Of a stretch of DNA of 64,000 nucleotides, positions 13,960 to 25,825 are shown one piece after another. Made by a program: the position numbers and the translations under genes. The DNA comes from Octopus vulgaris (taxonomy: Eukaryota). The first letter of the stretch is position 1; each line of letters starts with the position of its first letter. The stretch is taken from the NCBI GenBank assembly GCA_951406725.2, contig OX597814.1, positions 216,256,001 to 216,320,000 on the forward strand, read 5' to 3'. Under the pieces are notes generated by a model, which did no database searches, was not told the origin of the DNA, and saw only the letters and a list, made by a program, of their open reading frames with translations.

Positions 13960-15385
13960 GGCTGCTTGTACACAAAATCAATTTGAATGCTGGATCAGGA
14001 ATGAACCCAACAGAAGGGGATTCTGACAAAGAATGAGAGCCAAATGGAATGAGATAGGACTCTTCAAAACAAGTGAGCAATTGTTAGCCGACCAGGCAAG
14101 AGCAATTAGAGAAAAAAGGTGGTTAACGGACATGGAAATTGAAGAGATAAAAAGAAAAGTAGAAAGGAGAAATAATCCTTCACCAACAGATAATGTGCCC
14201 AGTGAGAACAGAGAAATAAATAAGGGCAGTGAAGATGTAGAGCAAAGTGTAAATGTAAATGCATTCTCCACAAATTAAGCAGAAGTAATAGGAAGAGCTG
14301 TATCCCAATAATACGGTGATGCCCAACAAGACATAGAGAGGATATATTTGAGAAGACCAGGATCAAGACCCTTCCCCCCATAATCTGAGGTACATTGACC
14401 AATGCAAGATCAAGGTTGAAACCATAAAGATAGATTCAGTTCTTGGGCTGTTCCATACGAGAAATATCACTGAAACTCACAAGATTATTTGGGGTGCAGC
14501 AACTGTTGCTGCAGATAGAATTGGATAGAAAAGGAAAGAACAAACAGAACGTAAAGAACCGTTCTGGTGTAGAGGAATTCGTAAGGAACAAAGACATTTA
14601 GGACAAGTTGATAGATTGAGAAGAGGGGAATTGCAGAATGAAAGTATAAGAATGATGCTGGAAAGGACAGATGGAATAAGAGATAAATTGTATGATGAGA
14701 TATTGGAAGAAATGAAACAAAGAGTTGGAGCAATCAAAGCAAAACAGGAAAGATATGACAATAGAAGAAAATAATTCAAGCAGAATAGATTGTTAGAAGC
14801 ATATCAGAAGTAGCTGTTTCAGGAACTGGATGGGCAATTACACATAACAATGATACCAGAAGCAGAGGAAAGTAGGGCATTTTGGAGAGAGATCTGGTAC
14901 CAATCTGCAGATGATAATAATGAAGCAGAGTGGCTGTATGAAATCCAAGATAGGTTAAGAAATATAGAAGGCAAAAAAGACATAAAAATAACTACAGAAA
15001 TGATAAAAAAAAGCAGTTAAGAAAATTCCCAAATTGGAAGAGCCCAGGACTGGATGGGGTCCCAGATTATTGGATGAAGAAGCTGAGAGGGATCCATCAA
15101 AGGAGAGTGCAACAGCTAGATGAGTGCTTGCAGGAAGGTGCAGTACCCAGCTGGAAGACAAAGGGAAAGACATTGTTATGTGCCAAGGATCCTGGAAAGG
15201 GAAATGTTACATCCAACTTTAGAACAATAATATGCTTTCTGCTCACATAGAAACTAATGTCAGGTCATTTGGCTGCTGAACTGTACAGATGCTTGGGAAA
15301 AAGTGGGCTGCTACCCATTAAACAGAAAGGGTACAGTAAAAGGAGCCAGGAAACGAAGGATCAGTTCTTGATTGCTAATATAATT
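13960..15385 (+). mobile_element. Decayed R4/Dong-like non-LTR element fragment (duplication unit 1 copy)
   Basis: [12 protein letters not shown]...[11 protein letters not shown] and PNWKSPGLDGV...VPSWKTKGKTLLCAKDPGKG...QKG...KDQ motifs, with many stops. Near-identical to 38980-40400. Confidence 0.7.
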
Positions 15386-15387
15386 AC

Positions 15388-15957
15388 CAATAAAATAAGT
15401 ACCAGTTGTGCACTGGGGTCGATGTAATTGACTTAGTCATTCTCCTGAAATTACTGGCCTTCTGCCAAAACTTGAAACCAAAATTCCAGTGATGTTTATG
15501 GTCATTAAAATAAGTAGCAGTTGAGCACTGGGGTTGATGTAATTGACTTAGCCACTCTCCTGAAATTGCTGGCCTTCTGCCAAAATTTGAAACAAAAATT
15601 CCAGTGATGTTTATGGTCAATAAAATAAGTACCAGTTGTGCACTGGGGTTGATGTAATTGACTTAGCCACTCTCCTGAAATTGCTGGCCTTATGCCAAAA
15701 TTTGAAACCAGCATTCCAGTGATGTTTATGGTCAATAAAATAAGTACCAGTTGAGCAATGGGGTCGATGTAATTGACTTAGTCATTCTCCTGAAATTACT
15801 GGCCTTGTGCCAAAATTTGAAACCAGCATTCCAGTGATGTTTATGGTCAATAAAATAAGTACCAGTTGTGCACTGGGGTTGATGTAACTGACTTAGCCAT
15901 TCTCCTGAAATTGCTGGCCTTATGCCAAAATTTGAAACCAGCATTCCAGTGATGTTT
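15388..15957 (+). repeat. 5 x 115-bp tandem array derived from a SINE 3' half
   Basis: The unit caataaaataagtaccagttg...tttatggt starts at 15388, 15503, 15618, 15733 and 15848. Confidence 0.93.
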
Positions 15958-16185
15958 CTTGTATTTATTATAATTAATATTTGTATTTATTATAATTAAT
16001 AGAGATAGTGTTTACTTAGTATCTGTTAAGTGTTGATTATATTTTTCTGTTTGCTAATGTATTATACTAATAACATATTACTTTGTCTTCAAATACTTTT
16101 CTGTCTTTACCCACTGAACTCCCCATCTCACCCCTACTCCCTCACCAACGAAATGATTTTGTCTTTTTACCTTTTCCTAATTCAG

Positions 16186-17713
16186 TTGTTCTGGACGTTT
16201 GTAGAAGACGACATCAACTGGAAGGTGTGAAGTTAGATGTTCAACCATTGAGGGAACCATCAGAAGAAAATACCATTTCAAGACAGCAAGTCCATGACTA
16301 TTTACTACCTTCCAAGTTCCATCTGACTTTCTTAAAGAGACATAAAATCAAAGTTAATGACCAATTAAAGAAATGGGCTGAAGTAATATGGAAAGATTCC
16401 AAGTTTAATAAACTGAAATTAAAATATTCCAAAGAAAATTTTGAGGAAATTGAACAATGTTTGGAAGAGTTATTAAATTCCATTACTGTTGAAATCATTG
16501 ATGTTCCAACTGATATTTTTGAAGACATTGTTAGAACATTTAAAAGTGAAGATGATAAGAAATATTTTTATTTTGATATCCAAAATTCCCAAGTTCGTAT
16601 TTTGGGAATTAATAAAAGTAACATAATTGAAATGAAAAAGAGACTTTTGGATAATCTTAGAAGGATATGTGAGTATGATTTAAATATTCATGAAAGACGT
16701 ATTCTATCCGGTCTCAGATTTTTTGAGCAGGCAGAAAGACAAGCTGAAGATCTACAAGTCAGGATTCATGGTAACAAAGTTATTTTTGAAGGCCAGTATT
16801 CCGAATTAGCTACTTGTCTCAAGAATATGTATAAAATTCTTCAGTCAATTGTTAAATCTGAATTGTGTTTGCCTTTAAATACTGGAATGATCATAAATAA
16901 AAAACCAGTGAAAGAATATCTTGATGAAGAACTGAGAAACAAGAAATGTATTGGTTCATGGGAAACGGGTGATGGTGATTCAGTATTACTTTATGCAAGT
17001 GATAAAACACATCTTTCACTTTTGGAAGAAATTATGAAAGAAACTTTTGTCGCCAATACCCTGGATTTTGTAGACAAAATTAAGGATACTCCAAATTATG
17101 GAAAGTGGATGACATTTGTTGAAAGTCTAAAAGAAGAGTTTCCAGATTCCCATTTTATTGGAGAAAATTCTATTGTTGCTGTTGATGCTGTAGTTAATGA
17201 TATAAAAAGCAAATTTGATAACTTTAAGCAATCTTTAACTGATGAATCTTATATATCGATGACTCATGCACATTTCCTCTTTCTTAAAGAGTTCAAAGAA
17301 CAAGAAATCAATGACTTTGGTGCGAAAAATAAAATTAAGAATGTGTGTCTCAAAGATAATAAGTTACACCTGGAAGGAACACAAGAGCAAATTAAGAAAA
17401 TGGAAATATTTATAGAAAAATTTAAGAAAAGATATCAGCTTAAAAGATCGAACATTTAGATCTCAAGAAACCCAGAAAAGTGAAGAAGGAAAAAATTTCT
17501 TATGGGAAAAGCAGAAGAAATCTGAGAGTATAATATCATTAAATTCAGATTTAGAAAGTGAAACAGAAGAAATACTTAATTTTGTGTATAAGAACTGTGA
17601 AATAGTGTTGAGGGAATGTGACATCACGACTCTGGACACAGATGTTATTGTTAATGCTGCAAATGGTAGACTGGAACATATGGGAGGTGTTGCAGCAGCC
17701 ATTGTGCAGAAAG
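16186..17713 (+). CDS. PARP14-like: Exon A, copy 1, of a PARP14/9/15-like macrodomain gene (RRM tail, putative KH-repeat region, macrodomain N-terminus); +1 A at 17416-17420
   Basis: Acceptor cttttcctaattcag|, donor aag|gttggt. Length 1528 nt = 509 codons + 1. Removing one A restores an open frame ending IVLRECDITTLDTDVIVNAANGRLEHMGGVAAAIVQK. The KH/RRM assignment is inferred from PARP14 architecture. Confidence 0.85.
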
Positions 17714-18069
17714 GTTGGTAATACCATTTGTTACAGTTAATGTTTCTTTTTAGATCCAAGTGTGGTTGAGAAGCTAATTTCCTGATCACGTGGTTTCAGG
17801 TTCAATTCCACTCACAGCATTTTAGACAGGTGTCTTCTGTTATAGGTCAGTGGTTGGCCAAAGCCTTGAGAGTGGATTTCGTTGATAGAAACTGAAAGAA
17901 GCTCATCATGTATGTATGCATGAACATGTTAATTTTCTTTTAAAAAACCGTTACTTGTGCAAATGCATTTTCTTTTTATAATTATTATTTTAATCTTATT
18001 TGTGTGCATGTGTGTGTTAATATATTTGAAAAACAACATAACCATTAGATTTATATAGACAATGCTTTC

Positions 18070-21000
18070 AATACAGTTAGCGGTAAGTAAATTAATCTAT
18101 TCTTAAAATTTCATTATTACTAGTGAGAGTATGATATGCTAAGATGTTTATGTGTAGAAGTTAAAATTTGAAAAATTTTATCAATACAAAAATTGCAATG
18201 AGAATATCCAGTTTTATAGGATTTCGCATGTCTTATGATTTCCCACTTTAGGTTATGATTTTTATTATTGTCCTTTAATTCCCAAATAGACTTCTTTAGA
18301 CTAGTATAAGATAATTTACTTCTGTTTATAATTGTGCACTCATGGTTTGCAATATACATTTTTATGTAATTTTCCATAGATCCTATGTAAAAGTAGTTTT
18401 TACCCTCAGCTTCCACTTTACTTCAATATACCACATCTTTTTTATTTGTCAAAATTTTTAAACAAACAGTTATGCTTAAATTTGCAGTGACAATACATAT
18501 TTTTATTTGCTCTTATAGACTTGCAATCAGTATTATCATTGCTCAAAGCTTTAGTATTCTGGTTACAATAGGATACAACATTCATTGTTTCCCTTCACAT
18601 TTTAGAAGATTTCTTTTTTTGTATATTCACTATAATCAGAATTATTTTTGTTGTCAAGTAATGCATCATTACTAAATCTAACTGTACTATTATAGAAATT
18701 AGTTAACTGTTTATTGTTATGTGAAAATATAATCTGGGAAACCTTGGTTGGGACATAATATCCAACACTTCATTTCTTTAGAAAAGTGATTTGTAAATAG
18801 TTTATAAAGAGATTTAACTAAGTTACTCTTAATTTACTTGGCAAATGGAATAATTAACCAAATAATATTATGCTTATTATAAGTTTTATTATAATTATGT
18901 AACTGTTAATCAATTTTCTTTATATATGGGGTATGTCATTTAATAACATTTTTACTTTTATGAATATCGTTAGCGGAATTAAGCAATGAATCAGTTTTTA
19001 ATTTTCTGTCATTATCAATTATATTTAAATTATGCATATCACTGGAGTTTATGTTCGGTGCACAATATTTTATCTTCTGCTTATGTCCTGCCCTCCCAAG
19101 TGCCATGCTGTAAAAGTCCACATTTTAGTTGAAAATCTTCTCATTTGGCCATAAAGTTGAGATTCTTCTAGATACATTGTAAATCAAAGAATTTATGATA
19201 GATCTAGGATGATTACTTCCAATATTTGTATATCTAAGGTTTGTGTTAGATTTATGTAATGGGTTTGTGGTTGCCAGTAACGAGGTTAAGGTTAACATGT
19301 AAAAAGGTTACTGACGCATGCTTATTTTCGATAGTTATGGAGAGTCCAAAGTTTTTTTTAATCTATAAAATTCCTTCTTGTACATTTCTAATTTACTATT
19401 AGAAAAGTTTCTAGGAGTAAAAGTTGTATCATCCCCTTACAAACCTCCCCTAAATTCAGGAAAAATCTCTACTTAAATTAAATAGAATATATATACCTAC
19501 TAGATCAGTGACTTGTGCAAACTCCTCAGATCCCATTGTTATATGAAAGCCATCATTATTGACTTTTTCAATCCAATATTTGTTGTGAAATTCAATAACT
19601 ATTTTCCTGACAGTTAAACTTATGTTAATTTCTTCCATAGTTAGTTTAGAATATTTCTCACGAACAAAAGAGCCTTATTTAATAATATATGGTTAATAGA
19701 AGAATAATAATTATCTGTATGAATTTGTAAAAATTTCTTTCTTTTTTTATTGTCAATTCCATTAAACCAATCAGTTACTTTTTACGTATAGACCAAAGCT
19801 TTAATTTTATTGTGTTCTTAACTGCAGGTATATACCTATCTATAATGGCGTAGTTTAGCTTACCTAAGTCTGATTTACCTGGGCAAATTAATCTTACTTT
19901 AGGGTTGTCATAGAAATTCTCCTTATGGTTTTCTGGCATAATCCTAGGTTTCTTTGGAACAAAAGGTTTAGTCCTATCATCCAATTTGTAATCGGTCATT
20001 ATCTGTATAGATATTAGGTTAAAAGTTCTCAATATATTTTTATTAGCTATTCTGTAACTGCTAGTAATTTCCTTTTTTTAATAGTTCATGATAGTAATAT
20101 ATATTTCAGACTAGCAGTATTGCCCGGCGTTGCTTGGGTTTGCTTCAACCCTTTGGAATTGTAATTTTTGAAAATTAAAAATTTTGCATTGTAAATTTGA
20201 ATGAAGTTGGTTGTGTAGTTCTCAAGTTTTAGGGATTCACACAGACAGATAAGCCCGGTTTCACCCGATTTGTTTGAATGATGTGACTGTGATCGTTTTC
20301 GGTTAGGCATAATCTATAACAGCATTTCTCAACCTCATTTCGGGTCCCCTGTTTCGATTGGAGCCTCCAGCTGTATGAAAATTTCTCCCCAAGCCCCATT
20401 AAAAAACACCTTCAGGGGTTGTGAAGAAAGAATTTGTACATAGTCTGTTTCTGAGAGCTATTGTATTGGACCCCTGTCTAATCATTAAAACATTTATTTA
20501 ATTATGAACATAGAAAGAAATTACACATTAATCCCTATTTTTGTAAGTAGTTGTATCCATAAGAATTTTATTTGCAGATGGCAGAAATTGAAAGAAGATA
20601 TGTGAAATGGACATGTGGGTGTGTGTATATGTGTGTGCTTGTGGCGTGCATGCTTGCACGTATGTATGTGAGAGAGAAAGAGGGTGAGAGAGAGAGAGAG
20701 AGAGATAGAGTGAGTGAAGTGAAAATATCTTCGCAGAAAACAGCCTCAGGAGTTGTGAAGAAAGAATTTGTATGTAGTCTGTTTCTGAGAACTATTCTAT
20801 TAGACCTCTGTCTAATCATGTCTTTTAAGGTATACACACATACATAGAAAATGTGAGGTCATAGTAGAAAATTTTTACGATAGACATTGTTTAAATTTTT
20901 TTTGTCTAATGTAGAAGTTGGTGTTCTATGTATGTGTGTGTATGTGAGTGTGTGTATGTGTGTGTATGTGTGTGTGTGTGTGTGTGAGTGCTTTGTGTTG

Positions 21001-22250
21001 GCTATTTTATGATCAGATTCATAGATATTGTTTTAATTCTTTTTGTCTAATGTAGGAGTTGGCATTCCGCGTGTGTATATGTGTGTGTGTCTCGCACACC
21101 TCATCAAAAACACACTCTCACACACTCTCTCTTTCACACACATACACATACACGCACATCAAATCTTCCGATCAAGATCAAAAGATCCCATTTTCCCCCC
21201 AACCCCATTATGTAAAGATATATATGTATACACATTATTTATATATATTTATATACACACATATATAAATTAACACAATATCTATCTGATTAATAATATC
21301 TGTTATGATTGTATGATGGTGGTGGGCGAGAATATGTCAGCGTTCTAAAAGATGGGAATATTTAAACTGTTGCGACTGTCACGGTTTCTCTCTCTATAGA
21401 TAGAGGCAGAAGTACAGTGAGAAATGTGGTGGGAGAGTGACAGAGACGGCAAAGCTGTGAAACGTCGTTATAGAGAGAAAGTGCAGATAAACGTAGAGAG
21501 AGAGAGAGAGAGAGAAAGTGAGAGAGGAGAGAGTGACCGCACTGGGAAAGGCGGCAAGGGAAAGATAGTGGAAACTTCAAACGCCATTATAGAGAGAAAT
21601 TGAAGAGAAGGGAGGCAAGAAAGAGATGGAAGAAGAAAGGGTGATAACCATGAGAGAGGAAAAACAAACACTTGTCAATTTTCACTCTCTTTGCCATAGC
21701 AACCACATCTTTATTGCTTGCAAATTTTAACCATCGCAGGTCGAATCATCACCACGCATTTAATACCCCTGCCAATTTTCAGCTCAATCCTAGCATGTCT
21801 AGTGCCAATGAATCCTGACCAAAACCAAAGTGTGCAAGCTTTTTCCCTCTTTTATATAAGTAGATTATATATATTCCTAGTCTTGTCCAAGTGTACAGTA
21901 ATACCATCCTTTCTCTTAAGTTCCAAAATTATTGTTTTAATCTTTCTCAAATGCGTATCTCCTCTGTGGGGGGTATTTTTAAGATTTAACAATTTTTAGT
22001 ATTTTCCATGACTCATCTTCAAAGTTTGCTTGGTGAATATTTGGTGGTGGGTATCTTTCTGTTGTAAACTTATTCAACAATGGTACTCCTTTGTCACTTT
22101 TGGTCCTTCCCTGCTTTCCCATTTTCTTGTCAATAAGTCTAGGGATGAACTCTATTGTCTTTTTTTTCTAAATCAAATCCTTGATTCGAATAAATTGATC
22201 TACTTACCACTAACTGAAGCGAAACCATTGATTATACAAATCTAATGGTT
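18070..22250 (-). mobile_element. Decayed Penelope-like element in intron A1-B1, interrupted by a Helitron
   Basis: Minus-strand fragments in order: DKTRNIY|NLK, ENHKENFYDNPKVRLICP, MGSEEFAQVTDLVGIYIL, FYSMALGRAGHK, FYIGS...CNFCIDK. Homologous to 11230-13625. Confidence 0.82.
20111..21864 (-). mobile_element. Non-autonomous Helitron
   Basis: The minus strand starts A|TCTACTTATAT at 21864 and ends with hairpin cccggcgttgcttggg followed by CTAG|T at 20111. Removing it restores the PLE reading DKTRNIY-N-LK with no TSD. Confidence 0.85.
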
Positions 22251-23786
22251 ATGTTGTTTTGCAGTTATATTAACACACACATGCACATAAATAAGATAAT
22301 AATAACAACAACAACAATAATAATAATAAAAACAATGCATCAACACAAGTAAGGGTTTATTTAAAAAACATTACCATGTGCATAACTGTGGGATGGTATA
22401 TACATACACACACATATATATGTGTGTGTGCGTGTGGGTGAGTAGCCAGGTCTTGACAACACACATTGGTTGTAAATGAACATAAAAATCACTCAAGTGA
22501 TGTCCAAAATGATTCTGAATGTTTCAATTGAAAAACATATCTGAATGTGTTAGACAGTTTTTGTTTAAAAGGCAAAAATATTTCTGAAATACTTGCCCAA
22601 TACGCAAGTACACGTTCCCTAGGATATGGTAATTAATTATATTGTAGGAAAGCAAAAAGTAAAGGGAAAAAATACAATCAAAATTTTTGATTTTGTTTGG
22701 CTCCATGAATTCAATGTTTTTTAAAATGCTTTTACCAATTGCTTGATACAAGAAAAAAGAAATTTGAAACTCCTGACCAAAACAGAGAAATTCTAACTTA
22801 ACAAGAAATATAGGAAGAGAAAGTTGTGTTTATTTCCACCACGCGTCACTTATTTTCGCACACACACAGATACACACTTACATTGATATGTGTGTGTGTG
22901 TGTGTATTTTAGTTTTTGTTTACTTATATACATCAACAAATGAACCAATTGAATAACTGTGTGGTTGTTCAATTTGCTAGAAATAACAACCATATCTCTC
23001 TCATACTATAAGGAAAAAATAGAATATTATTGAACTTCTTCGGCTCCATGATTTTAATTTTATTTTTAAAGGTTTACTTGATAGCAAAAAAAAAAAAAAT
23101 TGGAAACATCCTGATTAAAACAGAGAAATTCTAACTTAACAAAAAATATAGAAAGAGAAAGAAAAGTTTGTATGTGAAAGCCAAAAGATGTTTTTGAGCT
23201 GAGGTGTAATTTTATGGTTAAAACAAATTTAAAATTTAAATCTTGGAACATAAGACTTACCATGTCATCTGGTGTATGGCCGAATTCAAATGGGTAGAAG
23301 ACCTAAAAGACGTGTGTGTGTGTGAGCTTGGGTATTTAATAGCCAGGGGTCAATTTCAGTTTAATCCTAGAAAGGAATTCAAATAATCAGCCACTCTGAA
23401 AAGACAGCTTCATACTATCATCTCTCTCTACCCCTCTCTCTTTTTCACTCTCTTTCTCTCTCACTTTCTCTCTCCCTTATGTGACACCCAGTATTAAATT
23501 TAAGTATCTTAATTTTCTCATTAAGACCGTTGTTGCTTCAGTAGCCCAGAAGACATGGGTATGGAGAAGTAGTAATACAAAACATAGGTGGTGGTTTCAA
23601 ATCTCTCCCAGAAATTACAAGAGACCGACTTAAAAAATTTTATTTAAGCAACAAAACTTCTTTCAACAATTTCTTTCTCTTAAGTGTTGCACACGTGTCA
23701 GGTGTGGCATATTAATATTATTGATATATATTAACATATATTAACATGTATTAAACAGGAACATAAGAAAGCAAATATCTTTGCAG

Positions 23787-24035
23787 GTGGGTTTGGAATT
23801 CAAATTGAATCCAACAAAATTATGAAAGAAAGAAAGAGTGAACTGAAACCTGGAGAAGTAGTGTCAACTAAAGCTGGTAAACTCAAATGCAAGGCTATCA
23901 TTCATGCTGTTGGACCCATTTGGAATAATGGAAGGGATCAGGAAATGGATTACCTTTCAAGAGCTGTTCAAAATTGTTTGGCAGTTCTTGAAGAAAAGTC
24001 TTATACATCAATTGCAATTCCTGCCATCAGTACAG
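23787..24035 (+). CDS. PARP14-like: Exon B, copy 1: macrodomain core
   Basis: ttgcag|GT...ACAG|gtaag, 249 nt, phase 1-1. Encodes GGFGIQIESNKIMKERKSELKPGEVVSTKAGKLKCKAIIHAVGPIW...SIAIPAISTG. Confidence 0.92.
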
Positions 24036-24879
24036 GTAAGAATTTACCATTTTAATTCTGTTCAAATTATTTGGTATAGAAATAAGAATTACAATATTCA
24101 AATATCTTCAGTTTGTTTCATCGCTACTCTCTGTCCATGCTGGAGCAGCACTGCCTTGAAGAATTTCTAGTCAAGTGAATCAGTCTTAGTGTCCTTTGGC
24201 CTGCGCTAGGGAGTTTTAAGGTGAAGTGCAGTGCGTGCAAACTGGCCCCACCCTTTAAGCACGAGGTTCATCTACCATGGCCTAGCGAGCTGGGACCGTG
24301 ACAGCGAGATCCTCAGACCGTAGGTTTAAAGTCGGAGTTATCCTCTCCTAGGAGGGTTGCCAACGATGGCTAACGAGCCCCTCCTGCCTGTGCCATCCAA
24401 ACCAAGGTGAAAGAGAGAAAAGGATTCATGGTTTTCAGTAGGCATATACTACCTGGTTGCCTAGGCTGGAGTTGGGGGTTAGCTAAGGAGACCCCCACCT
24501 GGAGCCTTTGATTAAAAGGTCTATCTACAAGGCAGCAAAGCGAGATCAGGGAGTCACACCCATTGATAGACAATGACAAGTAGACTAGTTCATACGCCTT
24601 TGCTTGGTCATTAACCAAACCGGGGTCCTAATGATCACAAAATTTCATTTGAGCCATTGACCAAATGGTTCTTTCGCCTCTTCTGGGATACAATGCCTCG
24701 GCTGAGACAAGGGACAGTGAGAATACAATATGTACATTTTATATACACACACAGAGTTTAAAATGCAATATATACACCATATACAGTGTTTAAAATGTTT
24801 TTTTTTTTAAATGCAATACATACAATACACACACACACAGACACACATGCACAAAGCACTCCACACACACATGTTGTTG

Positions 24880-25500
24880 GATGGCCGTTGACTATGCTGT
24901 AGTTCTTCCGTTCTTTGAGAAGTCTTATGTTTTGTGCTGCAGGGTGTCCACGTTTCAATAGCATCTTTCTTGAAATTTTGGTCAAAAGCCTTTTCTACTT
25001 AGTTGTATAGTTTTCCTTGTAAGAAATCCATAATGAGGTTAGCATATGAGGGTGCAAATTTCGTCCCCATTAAGAATATAAATGATGAGTCAGCATTTAG
25101 AAATAAATCTTACTTCACCCCTTACATGTAGGGGGTGTGACAAACATTTAGATACATATATAGACACCAATTTCCAAATTCACTCTCAGAGCCTGTAAAT
25201 GCAAACAGAACGTTTGCTAAGAAGCAAAGGAAGCTTCACTAACACTAACTGAAGAATGCCAATTGAATCATTCTCAAAGATGCCAATAAGGATGGGGTGA
25301 TAGTGATTATAGAGAGGGGCGATTACAAAGACAAAATATTGGAATATCTAACCAACCAAAACTACTATAAGAAAGACAGAACATTAATTGACCAATACCC
25401 AGACTTCTTTACAGGTAAGGAAATAAAATACTTATGTAAATCAGAAACTTAAGACTAATTTTTACAGATTACTCAAGATCCACAGAAACTTTTGTTTGAA
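24880..25500. mobile_element. Rearranged Penelope-like RT fragments in opposite orientations
   Basis: The minus strand at ~25070 reads MGTKFAPSYANL. The plus strand at ~25270-25490 has ILKDANKDGVIVI...YKDKILEYL and RLLKIH. Confidence 0.55.
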
Positions 25501-25825
25501 ATCTCAATTTTCATAGAATTCCCATTTTTGTGAGGTGCCTCATTCTTGTTAGAAGACCCAATTTGGTATTATTCTGGGGGAAAGAAAATGATGTAAAACA
25601 ATGTGATATTCTCAGCGGGGGAAAAAGAGGAACAAAACACATCAATAAGCCATTTTAACTCTCTCTCTCTCTCCTTATCGACTGTCACTGTCTATATCTC
25701 ACTTTCTCTCGATTCCACCCACCTAGCCAATACGCCCAGCTTCCTACTCACCCTCTCTGCAACCCCAACCCCTCCCCTATAAAAACCAATCCACGTGGCC
25801 TGACCCTTTCTATTCTTACTTCCAT

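Noticed and set aside
15388-15957. CRISPR-like periodic array
   Set aside because: Whole 115-bp units repeat with no unique spacers, there are no cas genes, and the context is eukaryotic SINE-derived sequence.
16083-16185. ORF-track N-termini of exon A (16083 and 41083) as true starts
   Set aside because: They lie in the pyrimidine-rich intron upstream of a good acceptor, and 16083 is a TTG start.
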